Assembly (NCBI GenBank): GCA_040285745.1
Contig: JAUFOR010000005.1
Location: 186,001 to 250,000 of the forward strand
Reading direction: 5' to 3'
DNA from: Barthelona sp. PCE
Lineage: Eukaryota
DNA: 64,000 bases
Numbering within the stretch: position 1 is the stretch's first letter; each line of letters opens with the position of its first letter. The notes beneath the pieces are model-generated. The model had not been told where the DNA came from. It did not search any database and worked only from the letters and a program-made list of their open reading frames with translations. The position numbers and the translations under genes are program-made. Positions 30,394-41,952 of the stretch are shown here, piece by piece.

Positions 30394-33300
30394 TTATTCC
30401 TCTCGACTGATCTTATCGACCATTAACTTGAAAAGACTCTGGGCTGATTTCTGGATAGAACTGCAGTCTGCGAGTAAATTAAAGATAAACGTTCCATACT
30501 TCACAACTAAATCATCTGAAGAGGAAGATTTCCTCAAATCGATAACGGGCATCGACAAACCGACAATGCGGGCACCAACGAGTGTGGCAATGTACAGATC
30601 CAGTGATCTTGAAGCGTTTAAATTTTGTACGACCTCAAACAAATAATTTTTGCTCAAAATCTCAAAAAACTCAACCAATCTTGTCAGCGCCCTCTCCTGT
30701 GTATCCACGAGCTTCTCGTTGTTTGAGCCTGAGTTCCATGATCTTATTAGACTGTGCCAAGCAACCAAAAAGCTTTCCTCAGTGTCGCATCTTTGAAAAA
30801 CATACAGCCAGAGATTCAAGGACCTAATATCCATGTGAAGGGCTTTTGCGTACTGCTGAACATCCGTCCTGCACACAGTTTTCGCATCAACTAAGGAACT
30901 GAGATAGTAAACAAACTTTGATCTGAAGCTCAGTGGTAATGCTTCTAAAAACCCGTCTTCAACACAACTGAATGACGGCAAGTGTGGAAACCATTCGTAA
31001 TCGACCTGGGGGCAAATGATAACGAAAGAAAAAAGCGGAACAAATTTCTGTGAATAATCACAATGAAGACTTAAATGACACCCATAACTATCTTTAAAGG
31101 AAATATCTGCGTTCCTGATGTAATAAAGAGGGAAAGATGCACGTTGTATGCTGAGAGCAACTCGGTAAAGTGCTGCAACCTTCTTATCTTCACTATCAAA
31201 TACTTTTGGCAAAGACAGTGGAGTACCAAGTGAAATAAGAGCAAATATTCCGAACAAATGTGAAGTAGACATTGACAGTAATACATTCAAACGATTATAT
31301 TGCTTTTGAATGGTGTGTAACTCTTGCATGAGTGCAAAAGCGTGATCCTCAAGTTCAGAATCGTCCAGGTCTTGACCAGTTCTGTCGAAATACGTATGAT
31401 TATTCTGGATGACAGCAATAAACGATCCTGTCAGATGATGAGCCTTATTAATACTTCCTGGCCAACCAAAGTACTGAATAAAAGGGTGAGCGCATCTACG
31501 CCACGTACCAAGTGGAATTGGCTCAAGCGACCACGAATTGATAATTTGTTGGTTGTGTAACCGTAATGAGAATATTACGCATACTAACAAATATGATGAG
31601 AGTGCGTATCTCGGATCCAAGCGAGGGGACTTCGGGGATGCCGGTGGGGTGTCCGTGGTGTCCAGTAGGCGCCACGCGCATGTGATAAGCTCATATATAT
31701 CACTGCGAACTTCTGCTGTATTCGATAACTCTTCCAAAACCGTTGGATCCTTAAGAATAAGTGAAACGATGATGCGCTTCATCAGCAAGCAGGCGTCTTT
31801 AACCTCCACGAGGGGTGTCCCGGTAGGAATAACAATGTCAACACCGTACACCAACGATGCAAATAGTGTGAAAAATGCAATGATGATGTGGTTCTGGTCG
31901 TTAAGGTCCAGCCGCTTCAGAAGTCGCAGGACTTGAGACTGGTATGCATCTGTGCGTATCACAACAGGGTGCATTTCTGCACTGATGAAGTCAAAAGAAA
32001 GGCAATGCGGGGATGCCTTCGTGTGCTTCAATAGGAGAGAAAGGAACTCTTCATACCCGAGGTTCATCGCGCTCTTGACCTTGTCCTTGATGAGAAGCAT
32101 CATACTATAATCAAAATCGAGATCATTACAGTTCTCTAGGATACTTGGGAATAACTTTACCAATTGCTCTGTATGCTCGTCCTCTGTGCTGTGTGCGTAC
32201 GTCCTGGCCTGCCAATATAGCTTTCTGACTGGATCTGTGATTCGTGAAATCAATCTTAGTGTAGAACTGCAGTCGAGATAAAGTCCGTCTAAAAGAACGT
32301 CCAATGTGCTAGCTCTGAGATGGTCTGACTTCAGGATTACCTTCACTATCTTATCGTCGAGTAAAAACCTTCCATCAACTATACTTGTTACAACAGTATT
32401 GTGCATCACCTGTGATATAACAGAGCTTGTATGTGACACCATTGCACTCAGCACCAGCTTCTGGTGGGGCAGTGTTTGTGCCTTGTGGAAGGTAGGGTGT
32501 ATTGCTAGACCACTCAACAGTATCAATCCTATAGGATTTTGGAGCAGACTCCTCAGAAAATTTGGGTGCGAATCCCACACCTTCAGGTTGCGCAGACACA
32601 CAATGAGCGCTGTTGTCTGCTTCTGCTTCATCTCATCTGTGGAGAAACTTCTGTTAAGGATGATACGGAATATCCAAACAGCCAAGTCATCGCTATGCGG
32701 CAATTTGGAACGGGTACATGCGTCTATGATGGACGAGAGGAACTGGATCGACTTGACAAATGCTTCGTCGGGGGAATGCGCAAGTGTGAAAAGGAAAAAA
32801 GCTAAGATATGTGTATTTTCAGGCCTGATTCCCTCAGGAACCATTATCTGCTTCAGATACGACAGCGTGAGGCTGCTGTTATCAGTCAAAACATTGATAT
32901 ACGGAGCAGATGAATACAACCTGGATATAAACAAAATATCAGACTTTTCAACATGTAATAACGCATTAAGCGATCCTTCGCGCAGCCTTGGTCTCAAAAA
33001 CGGATAATTTAAAGAATTTGAAAGGAAAAATATTTCCAAAAACGTCAAACAAAAATCTAAACTTGTCAGCATTCTAGTAATACCTTCAATATCAACCAGG
33101 CGTCCGTACTCAACTGTGACCTCCGTGGGGAACGTGTGATGGTACATGCCATCTACCAAAACTATTCCTGTTGGTGTTATATTCATTGAATTTAAAAATG
33201 TAATAGGGATACACAAAGGTAAAATAAACACTTCTTCATATGCCCTGGCGTGACATACCACCTTCCCTGCGAGTGTTTCGTCAAGGCCTGTGATGTGCCA

Positions 33301-33807
33301 AAAGCCATCTCTGTATAATAAATTAGAATCAATGCCTGAATATTGGAAAAAAAATGGGGAGACCCAATCAGGAGCATCAACTTTTATGTACATCGAGTGC
33401 CGCGCGCTTGCAATGAGAAAAACCATTTTTTTAAATTTTCGAAATGTCGTGTCCTCAATGGAAAAATAAATGGATAGAAACTGGTCTAAAACATCATCAG
33501 ATTGAAATCCATCAATTTCTGGACGATGTGTGATCTCTTGCACACGCTCATCCTTCATCCATTGACTTTCAAGAAAAACTTTCTCAAAAACAAAAACCCA
33601 CTCTCCAAGTGATTTTTCAAAGATGTCATGGTCTAGAACAAACTCCAAACATCGTTTGTCCCCATGTGCTTCATACATTGCAATTGCTGTGAACGTATAT
33701 AAGTCAACATCCAAATCACTTGAATCTTTGTCCCTGTTATATGACAAGACCATCTCCTGCAAGATGTCGTTTGCTGATGCATTTCCGCTTAGTAACAGTT
33801 CATCCAT
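30394..33807 (-). CDS. Large hypothetical alpha-helical protein
   Basis: 1137-aa Leu-rich ORF; no motif recognised. Confidence 0.75.
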   Translation of the reverse strand: MDELLLSGNASANDILQEMVLSYNRDKDSSDLDVDLYTFTAIAMYEAHGDKRCLEFVLDHDIFEKSLGEWVFVFEKVFLESQWMKDERVQEITHRPEIDGFQSDDVLDQFLSIYFSIEDTTFRKFKKMVFLIASARHSMYIKVDAPDWVSPFFFQYSGIDSNLLYRDGFWHITGLDETLAGKVVCHARAYEEVFILPLCIPITFLNSMNITPTGIVLVDGMYHHTFPTEVTVEYGRLVDIEGITRMLTSLDFCLTFLEIFFLSNSLNYPFLRPRLREGSLNALLHVEKSDILFISRLYSSAPYINVLTDNSSLTLSYLKQIMVPEGIRPENTHILAFFLFTLAHSPDEAFVKSIQFLSSIIDACTRSKLPHSDDLAVWIFRIILNRSFSTDEMKQKQTTALIVCLRNLKVWDSHPNFLRSLLQNPIGLILLSGLAIHPTFHKAQTLPHQKLVLSAMVSHTSSVISQVMHNTVVTSIVDGRFLLDDKIVKVILKSDHLRASTLDVLLDGLYLDCSSTLRLISRITDPVRKLYWQARTYAHSTEDEHTEQLVKLFPSILENCNDLDFDYSMMLLIKDKVKSAMNLGYEEFLSLLLKHTKASPHCLSFDFISAEMHPVVIRTDAYQSQVLRLLKRLDLNDQNHIIIAFFTLFASLVYGVDIVIPTGTPLVEVKDACLLMKRIIVSLILKDPTVLEELSNTAEVRSDIYELITCAWRLLDTTDTPPASPKSPRLDPRYALSSYLLVCVIFSLRLHNQQIINSWSLEPIPLGTWRRCAHPFIQYFGWPGSINKAHHLTGSFIAVIQNNHTYFDRTGQDLDDSELEDHAFALMQELHTIQKQYNRLNVLLSMSTSHLFGIFALISLGTPLSLPKVFDSEDKKVAALYRVALSIQRASFPLYYIRNADISFKDSYGCHLSLHCDYSQKFVPLFSFVIICPQVDYEWFPHLPSFSCVEDGFLEALPLSFRSKFVYYLSSLVDAKTVCRTDVQQYAKALHMDIRSLNLWLYVFQRCDTEESFLVAWHSLIRSWNSGSNNEKLVDTQERALTRLVEFFEILSKNYLFEVVQNLNASRSLDLYIATLVGARIVGLSMPVIDLRKSSSSDDLVVKYGTFIFNLLADCSSIQKSAQSLFKLMVDKISREE

Positions 33808-33858
33808 GCCAAAAAGTAAAAGAAAAGGTTGTTTTAGTTATTACACTCCATCTCAGAC

Positions 33859-36315
33859 ATGCCATTAGATTTCTTCCGTTCGGAGGAAATGGTGCGTGCG
33901 CAGTTATATCTGCAGCCCGAGTGCGTCCACAGGGTCGTTCATGAGCTAGCAAAAAGGGAACTTGTTCAGTTCAATGACGTTTGTTTCTCCATTAAACACA
34001 GTTGACCAACTCACATTTAGCTAATCCCCAACACCAACACATTGAAACGTCCATATACCAACGACATTAAGACTTGTGATTCTATTCTCCGCAGAGTACA
34101 GTATTTCGAGGATACATTGGGTGAAGAGCGTGCAGAGTCCCCTCGCCTAGGCATGGGAAAGGCAAATTTGGATCTTGAAATTACCGATTCTTTATTTCAG
34201 CTCGATCAGAAGCTTGAAAAGGATGAAGAGACTCTTCATGGTTTTGTAGAGCGTCAAGAAATGCTCAAACGTGAGGCAGACATCATCAATGAACACAGTG
34301 AGTGCTTGCAAAGATCAATAACACTCATGGGTGACGATAAAGCAGCGTTAGACGCAAGTGCTTCTTCCAACGCTGGTGACCCACTGCTCGCCACATTCTC
34401 ATTCTCTGCTTTAAGCCTTATATCCGGTGTTATTCCACTTTCACGTATGACATCCCTCCGTTCTTTGATTCTGAGAGACCTCCGTGGAAATGCCATCTTC
34501 AAGCACTCAATGATCGAAGGAGGTGCTGCTGGTGAAGATGCATCTGTTGTTTTCCTCGTTTTTTGTCAGGGTGATTACGCCAAAAACAGAGCTACTAGAA
34601 TCTCTGAAGCTTCTGGTGCTAAATTATACAGTTACATAAGTGACTCTGGGCTTCGCAATGGCAAGCTCTCATCTTTGCGTTCTGAACTCACTGAGACAAA
34701 ATCTCTTCTGTCATTGACACGTGAAAAGATCCATTCGCAGTTAGCAAATATGTGTACGTATTTATACGCAGTCAAACGCGCAGTTCTTATCGAAAAAGAG
34801 GTGTTCCTGACGATGAATATGCTCAACCATGATAGCACAAGTCAGTTACACATTGGAGATATATGGGTGTGCAAGAAAGATGTTAGTGAAGTGCGTTCTA
34901 TTCTTAACAGAGTAGCAATTGACTCCGGCTCATCCGTCCCATCGTTCCTTGAGGAAGTTCGTACCAAGGATACACCTCCTACTTATTTCAAAACAAACAA
35001 GGTCACAAAGGTATTTTATAGCATGATTGCAAGTTATGGAATTCCCGATTATAGAGAGGCAAACCCGGCTCTCTTCGCCCTGGTAACATTCCCTTTCTTA
35101 TTCGCAGTCATGTACGGAGATATAGGTCATGGATTCATCATGGCGTTATTTGGATTTTTATTATGTAAGTATGAAAAGAAAATTCCCAAAAAAGCCAGAA
35201 AGGACGATTTGTTCGGTTACTTCTATGAGGGAAGGTATATTATAATGATGATGGGTTGCTATTCCATGATAACCGGTCTTATTTATAACGACTGCTTTTC
35301 TCTGAGCTTCCATCTTTTTGAATCCAGCTATAAGCTTGAAAATGGTGTGTACACGCGAGTACGGGATGCTCCATACGCGTTTGGATTTGATTTTGCATGG
35401 CGTGAAGCCAAGAATGAATTGCTATTCTCCAATTCCTTCAAGATGAAGCACGCTGTCGTCCTTGGTGTTCTACAGATGCTCCTCGGCCTGTTCATCAACC
35501 TCACAAACATCCTCGATCACGGAGACAGAATGATGATCTGGCTGGACTGGCTGCCACAAGTGCTCTTCTTATCGAGTATCTTTGGGTATCTGACGCTCAC
35601 GTTCTACATCAAATGGCTGTCATCCACACTTGCAGCGCACCCGAGCTCCAACCCATCGTTGATCCATATCCTTATTAATATGTTTTTGAAGTTTTCTGCT
35701 TCTGCCCCCGGTGAACGCTTGTTATTCCCCGGGCAGCGTCACATCCAAATCTTCTTGTTCATCATCATTGTTATCTGCATCCCTTGGCTGTTCTTGGCCA
35801 AACCGCTTTACCTCAAACGCAAGCTATTTGGTGGCCGTAAGCGTAAGGTCAGTAACGATGAACTGTCCTTGTTGAACACAAGCGATATGGAGTACAACGC
35901 GGTCTCTGATGATGAGGAATACCACGGTAGCGCACATGACCACTACGATTCAGTCGGTGATTTATGGATCAACAGTTGTATCCATGCTATTGAGTTTATT
36001 CTGAGCTGTATCTCAAACACCGCTTCATATCTCCGTCTGTGGGCGCTGTCTCTTGCGCACGCCCAGTTATCTGAGGTCTTTTGGAATCTGCTGATGGTGC
36101 GTGGTTTACACGGTAACTTCTTTGCTTTGTTTGTCTTCTTCATTGCGTGGGCATTCATGACCGTTGCCGTCCTTCTGCTGATGGAAAGTCTCTCTGCCTT
36201 CTTGCATGCCCTTCGTTTACATTGGGTAGAATTTTGTTCAAAAATGCATTTTGGTGCGGCCGGTATTGAGTTTAAACCTCTAAATCTGCAAAATACAGAG
36301 ATAGACCTTGAGTAA
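33859..36315 (+). CDS. VPH1: V-type ATPase V0 subunit a (2 exons: 33859-33978, 34021-36315)
   Basis: Spliced N-terminus MPLDFFRSEEM...LVQFND|LIP; PPTYFKTNK, FPFLFAVMYGDIGHG, SNTASYLRLWALSLAH, LRLHWVEF. Confidence 0.95.
33979..34020 (+). other. 42-nt spliceosomal intron in V-ATPase subunit a
   Basis: GTTTGT...ACTCACATTTAG; removal joins the conserved FRSEEM N-terminus in frame. Confidence 0.9.
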
Positions 36316-36354
36316 AATAGCTTTATTGTTTTAAATGTGTTTTCTAAACATTAA

Positions 36355-38238
36355 TTAGCATTTATCTATTGGATCATAGCCGCTGAACGATGTGAACATT
36401 GATGATATACTACACCCATTCAGGAATTCTGCAATATCCATATTCTTCGTCTCAATGTCATAATTGCAATTATCCTTAAAAGTCAAGATATCTAGTTTCA
36501 CTTGAAGATCTTCAACGAACGTTTCTCCAATAGCAACTCCTTGTTTGGGGGTGTATAAAGTCTTTCCCATTGGTGAGATTTCAACATATATGACTCCATC
36601 GTTGTCAAACTGTAATATCTTTTTGTGACAAACTAAAAGACCTTTATCTACAAAAATTGCATCAGGTTCAATATCATATTCAACTTCAAGCACTTTAAAA
36701 TCTCCATCCTGTTCATTATATCGTACAAAGAAAGATTTTTCCTCCCCAATATAAATGCATTCTTCAGGAAAATATGGATTATGGATTTTTGACTCATATT
36801 CATATTCAAAGTACAATTGCTTAGATGAAATTACCTCACCTGTTTCGTGACAAAGTTTATGTACCACAAGTCCACCAAAACCATCTATTCCCCATACATT
36901 GTTGCCAAACAAAGATGCGTGATTAAGCTCACTCATATAATGATTATTAACAAAGTATTTTCTCTCTCTGCAATAACACAAAAGATGATGATGATGATTA
37001 AAATGCACACTAATCTCACTACTTTCATCTGACTCAATGCTTCTCACTTCTGTGCCATTAATAAACAAATATACAATGGTGTTACATCTGGTCACATGTC
37101 TCATTGTCCATTGTCCGGTTTCTAAATCATAATATCTGGATACAGAATACAAAATACAATTTTCAAAATCTTTAGAAGAAGGATTCCATATTGATATTGA
37201 ATGATTGAAGAAATCAAATATGATTGGGTATTCTTGAATGAAATTAACCCTAGACATATTGGAACAATAGTATTTAAACAAATCATCCAATACAAAAAGA
37301 CAATTAAAGAATTTTTTGAATATCTGGAAGAAGCTAGAGCAACCAGAAACGCTGTTGTACTCTGTACAATGCAATTCACCGTTGAGTTCAACAAAACTCC
37401 ATCGGGTGCATATGACATCCGGACACAAATCATCATACAAGGGTACTAAAACCCCTTTCACATTAACAACCTCCAAGAATTGGCGGTGTGGAATGTCATA
37501 ACCTAAAGGAGTGATACGTAAGGTGTCATCTTCAACTACAAAGGTAAATAATTCAACACCTTGCTCAATAATAATATGACTATTACCTGGTGTACGATCC
37601 AGACAATATACTTGGACATCTTTCAAAGCATCAACTTCAATTACGTAAGGAATACCGTCATCAAATGAAAACTTCATGATTTGGTCATAGTCTCCCCCTG
37701 AATACAATAACACAAAAACTATTCCATCTTGAACGATGTAATCTATTGCAAAATGGTCTAAATGTGTGGTGGATACTAACCCGTAATTTTCTTCAAACAG
37801 TTCATAAATCTGAAGAGATACATCTTTTGATCTACTCACTCTTCTAAATAGAAGAAACCTTCTGTCTAGCAACCTTATGTAAGGAGCCTCGAAATAATAA
37901 TCCAAAAACATACTCTTCAGTAAAACAAATTCACTATCCACAAACTCGTACAATTCAAGCATGGTAGAATCTCCCTCATCTGAAAAATCATATACTATGC
38001 GGTAAAAGACAGTAGGTTCCAACAACGTTGGTTTCAGCATTCCAGCTGTAACAGTTGTAGCATTAACAACTACATTTTGCGATCTTTCAGTTCCTGGACC
38101 AGATATGACCTGGTGCTTGTTCGCATCAACAACGCAAATTTGCCTGTTAGACATCTCATCATGATGACTGAAAATGATTTTATCCTTGAAAGGAATAACT
38201 GTGAAGTTTTTTGCTACCCTGTGTATTGCACGTGGCAT
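36355..38238 (-). CDS. MP[RK]-family hypothetical protein
   Basis: MPRAIHRVAKNF; PTLLEP, LLDRRFL, DRTPGN, HNPY and YTP.G motifs shared with neighbours. Confidence 0.8.
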   Translation of the reverse strand: MPRAIHRVAKNFTVIPFKDKIIFSHHDEMSNRQICVVDANKHQVISGPGTERSQNVVVNATTVTAGMLKPTLLEPTVFYRIVYDFSDEGDSTMLELYEFVDSEFVLLKSMFLDYYFEAPYIRLLDRRFLLFRRVSRSKDVSLQIYELFEENYGLVSTTHLDHFAIDYIVQDGIVFVLLYSGGDYDQIMKFSFDDGIPYVIEVDALKDVQVYCLDRTPGNSHIIIEQGVELFTFVVEDDTLRITPLGYDIPHRQFLEVVNVKGVLVPLYDDLCPDVICTRWSFVELNGELHCTEYNSVSGCSSFFQIFKKFFNCLFVLDDLFKYYCSNMSRVNFIQEYPIIFDFFNHSISIWNPSSKDFENCILYSVSRYYDLETGQWTMRHVTRCNTIVYLFINGTEVRSIESDESSEISVHFNHHHHLLCYCRERKYFVNNHYMSELNHASLFGNNVWGIDGFGGLVVHKLCHETGEVISSKQLYFEYEYESKIHNPYFPEECIYIGEEKSFFVRYNEQDGDFKVLEVEYDIEPDAIFVDKGLLVCHKKILQFDNDGVIYVEISPMGKTLYTPKQGVAIGETFVEDLQVKLDILTFKDNCNYDIETKNMDIAEFLNGCSISSMFTSFSGYDPIDKC

Positions 38239-38345
38239 AGAAAATGGTTTAAAGTGCCCATCACCAAAATATTGGTGTGAAAAAAGAGAAAATTGGAGTT
38301 CAAGCGAATATAAACACAAACAATTTATTGATTACTATCATAACT

Positions 38346-40193
38346 TTATCTAACACGGCGTCTAAAGCCACCAAAAGAAGAGAATACTGATGAGATGTCG
38401 TAATTAGAAAGCACATCAATCATGCTTACAAACTCAGTTTTTCCACGAAGTTTTCCATCTTCAAACTTTATGATGCGTATAAAGACCTCAAGCCCTTTTG
38501 ACCATCGATGTTCAACCACAACACCCGGTTCAGGTGTATATAATGGACCTTTAGTGGCACGCATTTTTCTTCTAATCAATTCTTCATTATCAAAAATGTA
38601 AACACTTTTTCCGTACAACAGAACTCCTACATCAATGAAACAGGCATTATTATCACTGTGATCCACCTCAAAAACTCTAAAATCATCACTGTGCTCACTG
38701 TATTTCACAATGATGGAACGATTTAAACCTTTAAAAAATATTTCTTCAGGACAATAGGGATTATGAACATGATCACGAACTCGAATATCAAGCTGATGCT
38801 CCTTTGAATCAACTATCGCTCCAGTCTCAGAATCTAAAACATTCATAGAAAGATCACTCCCGTTTAGTATCCAACACACATCACCAACAATTTGTACATA
38901 CCTCACACGATGCTTACCTAATGTCTGACCGTTAACTATGACACCGAAATCCCTCTGTCTTCTGTATGAAACAGCGTAATGCCGACTGTTAAAGACGACA
39001 GTAATTCTTTGAGCATCATCCAGCTTAGGAAAACTTGTAGTCATTTTCTCATTGACGAACAACCTGCACATGCTTTGATCCATCGTCACATAGCCCACAT
39101 GCCACTGCCGTTCATCGATATTGTAAAACTCAAAAGCTCTTTGTAGCTTTTGATCCGCAAAAGCACTAGAAGGACTGCATATACCTAAAGAATGCTTATA
39201 ATAGTCAACAATCACTGGAAATTCTTGTTGCAAAACTGAAAATCTATCCTGAGGCATTGGTGCAGTATTCTTGTTCAATATAAACAAACAATCTGAATAA
39301 TGTTTGAAAACTTGAAAAAATGTGGTAACAAAGCTATCGTAATCGTAATGTACGTTATATACATTACCATCCAACAATAAAAAGTTCCTAGCCTTGCAAT
39401 AAATATGTGGAAAATCATCACTATCGAAAGGATGAGGAACAAAAACATCTAAAATTATAGCGACATCATTCATTGATTCTCTATGCATAATCTTTTCACA
39501 AGGTTTCCAGATAACATCTTCGTTATCAACTGAACATGTGTATAATTCATCGTCTCGTTCAAATAAAAAGCGATTATTTCCAGGGGTACGATCACATGCA
39601 ACTGCAACAAAACCGCTCAATGGATGATCTTTAATAAGCGTCGGTATTCCATTTATAAATACAAACACCATATTAATCTCGTAACCAGAGCCGTTGTGGT
39701 AAAATATATATGCAACATCATCCTGAACAAGAAATCTAAGAGCATGATTAAAGATATAAGTATAAATGACTTCTTTGTTATACAAATCATAGACATAAAA
39801 AGCTTTTTCGTGATTAGGAGCTGGGCCCGTTCTCAATAAAAATCTTCTATTCAACAGTTTTACCCTTCTGAATGATAGATGATATTCATTAACGATAAAA
39901 AATTCCCCCTCAAAATACTCAAAAACCTCAATCAAAGACCCCACATTGTTATTTTCGGTATCTGCGGTCTCCCTGAAGAAGAAATTAGGTTCCAACAATG
40001 TCGGTGTTAAAATTCCATATTCTCTACCCAAATCTTCATCTACTTCTGGACCATTAATGACTAATGTCTCGTTTTTATAAATAATACACACGTTCCTTGT
40101 GTTTAAATCTTCATTAGTAGAAGAAACGGCGAGATTATCTCCTACTGGGGTAAGTATGAAGTTTTTTGATACTTTGGAAACATTTCTTGGCAT
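38346..40193 (-). CDS. MP[RK]-family hypothetical protein (tandem paralogue)
   Basis: MPRNVSKVSKNF; same motifs as 36355-38238. Confidence 0.8.
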   Translation of the reverse strand: MPRNVSKVSKNFILTPVGDNLAVSSTNEDLNTRNVCIIYKNETLVINGPEVDEDLGREYGILTPTLLEPNFFFRETADTENNNVGSLIEVFEYFEGEFFIVNEYHLSFRRVKLLNRRFLLRTGPAPNHEKAFYVYDLYNKEVIYTYIFNHALRFLVQDDVAYIFYHNGSGYEINMVFVFINGIPTLIKDHPLSGFVAVACDRTPGNNRFLFERDDELYTCSVDNEDVIWKPCEKIMHRESMNDVAIILDVFVPHPFDSDDFPHIYCKARNFLLLDGNVYNVHYDYDSFVTTFFQVFKHYSDCLFILNKNTAPMPQDRFSVLQQEFPVIVDYYKHSLGICSPSSAFADQKLQRAFEFYNIDERQWHVGYVTMDQSMCRLFVNEKMTTSFPKLDDAQRITVVFNSRHYAVSYRRQRDFGVIVNGQTLGKHRVRYVQIVGDVCWILNGSDLSMNVLDSETGAIVDSKEHQLDIRVRDHVHNPYCPEEIFFKGLNRSIIVKYSEHSDDFRVFEVDHSDNNACFIDVGVLLYGKSVYIFDNEELIRRKMRATKGPLYTPEPGVVVEHRWSKGLEVFIRIIKFEDGKLRGKTEFVSMIDVLSNYDISSVFSSFGGFRRRVR

Positions 40194-40263
40194 TTCAAAT
40201 AGAATAAATAGCCTGTAACTGTTTAACAAAACAGAAAAGGAAAGAAAATCAAAACTATTTACA

Positions 40264-41154
40264 CTAATCAAAAAACCTGCGATTTGCCTCCTTTTCCATG
40301 CGCTTCATACGGTCCTTTAAGAAGCGCATTATGGCCTTCAGACGCAACTCACCCACTGTCCAATGCTGTAACATCTTTTTTCTTAAATTATTAACAATAA
40401 GACTTGGTAAATCTCCTTCAAGTAACAACCGAACCTTTCTTAGTGACTCTATATCAGAAGAAAACCGAGCTATGTACTGATTGATGGATTCTATTGCACC
40501 TAAAATATGTGATTCAGATGCATTGGGGACAAACTGAGTTTGTGGAAATATATCCTTTTCGGAAAACAACTCCATATTAACAAAGAAGGGATTGTTCACC
40601 AAGGATTCGTGTGTCATCGTCGTGTGTACCGAGAATGACGGAATGATAAACTCAGTTTCACTAATAAACAAATTTTTCACTTTAACACCATAGAAACTTG
40701 CCAACTCAACAACCTTCTGATCCAGGTTATGTAGGATAGCTGATGCGCTAAATGCTTTCGACAGTATCCGCTTATGGGCCAGATCTAACGTTTCCTGTTC
40801 AGTTGTTGGAGACAAATCCTCTAGAGAGCAAGTTTTTAGGACAACATCACATGTATTGCATATTTGGATCTGCTCTCTGTCGTTAATTTGATGTATCAGA
40901 CGACATGAAATGCAGCAAACACGTCCGCAAAGCTGACAATGAAAATAGCTTTTTAATTCAACCTGATTCGTGTTACACGATGCACATCTGCGCCCTGGAG
41001 TAAACGGTTCCCAGTGCGTCCTCTGAGCAACAGAAGCCCCATACTTTTCAAAAGAGCGAAGTGTTTCAAAAATTGTATCAGTATATGGAACGGAAAACGA
41101 ATCCCTGATGTCCTGAAACCTCCTTGTGCAATCAATAACCGTGGGAAGATCCAT
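40264..41154 (-). CDS. FYVE-like zinc finger protein
   Basis: WEP..CASC..HCQLCGRVCCISC..ICNTC; C-terminal coiled coil. Confidence 0.75.
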   Translation of the reverse strand: MDLPTVIDCTRRFQDIRDSFSVPYTDTIFETLRSFEKYGASVAQRTHWEPFTPGRRCASCNTNQVELKSYFHCQLCGRVCCISCRLIHQINDREQIQICNTCDVVLKTCSLEDLSPTTEQETLDLAHKRILSKAFSASAILHNLDQKVVELASFYGVKVKNLFISETEFIIPSFSVHTTMTHESLVNNPFFVNMELFSEKDIFPQTQFVPNASESHILGAIESINQYIARFSSDIESLRKVRLLLEGDLPSLIVNNLRKKMLQHWTVGELRLKAIMRFLKDRMKRMEKEANRRFFD

Positions 41155-41166
41155 GAAAGAAAGTGA

Positions 41167-41883
41167 ATGAGGGAAATAAAGACGTTAACGAATAATTCAC
41201 CATTTTCATCTTATGGGTGCATGAATTTAAAGAAACGAACCGCATCCACAACACAGGCGGATGCTCTAGCCGCGTTTGAGGCCTTTGAAAAGGATCTTGA
41301 GGGCTTTTTAATCCCCGAAACTGAACCCGCTCCTTCTGAGCAACCCAAGAAAGTGCAGTGCATAAAGGATGAACGTGTGCCTGACACGATTCTCCAAACC
41401 GCAAAAGTAACACGAAGAAGCTTTAAACGACGAGCACCAAAGGAAAAAAATCAGCAAGAAACCTCATCTTTACTGCCAGACTTTGTTGTTCCTAAGAAGG
41501 CACTTCGTACAATTAAACAGGGCACTGCAAAAAGCCTGCTTCGTTCAGATGATGCTGGTAAACTGTGGCGTGACGATAAAATCACACAATTTGCTCAAAA
41601 TGATTATCGTTTACAAGTCACTGATATTCCACCTCGTACAACAGATGAAGAGCTCACAAAGGTATTCACAGATGTTCTTAAAAGTGTTTTACTTTGCCGT
41701 GTAATCCCTCCACGAAGAAACAATGCCAGAGCTACTTATGGTTTTGTAAGTCTTTTTGATCCCATAGATTATCTTTATGCACTGGAAAACCAGCAATTGT
41801 TTAGCATCCGTGGACGTTTTCTTCGGTTAAAGCAATCTAAATGGAAAAATAGAACTCATTACGTTGATCCTAAAGAGCAATAG
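41167..41883 (+). CDS. RBM42: RRM protein, RBM42-like (true start may be 41221)
   Basis: W.D..I..F..NDYRL.V.DI...TDEEL, YGFVS..DP.DY..AL, R.LRLK.S.WKNR. Confidence 0.7.
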   Translation: MREIKTLTNNSPFSSYGCMNLKKRTASTTQADALAAFEAFEKDLEGFLIPETEPAPSEQPKKVQCIKDERVPDTILQTAKVTRRSFKRRAPKEKNQQETSSLLPDFVVPKKALRTIKQGTAKSLLRSDDAGKLWRDDKITQFAQNDYRLQVTDIPPRTTDEELTKVFTDVLKSVLLCRVIPPRRNNARATYGFVSLFDPIDYLYALENQQLFSIRGRFLRLKQSKWKNRTHYVDPKEQ

Positions 41884-41952
41884 AATAAATGGAAAAAACA
41901 GAAAATGGAAAAAAAGATGGTTTTATTTGATTTGAATCTAAATTGTAAATGA

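Noticed and set aside
32306-33007. 233-aa + strand ORF and other short overlapping ORFs
   Set aside because: Antisense or alternative-frame shadows of longer supported genes.
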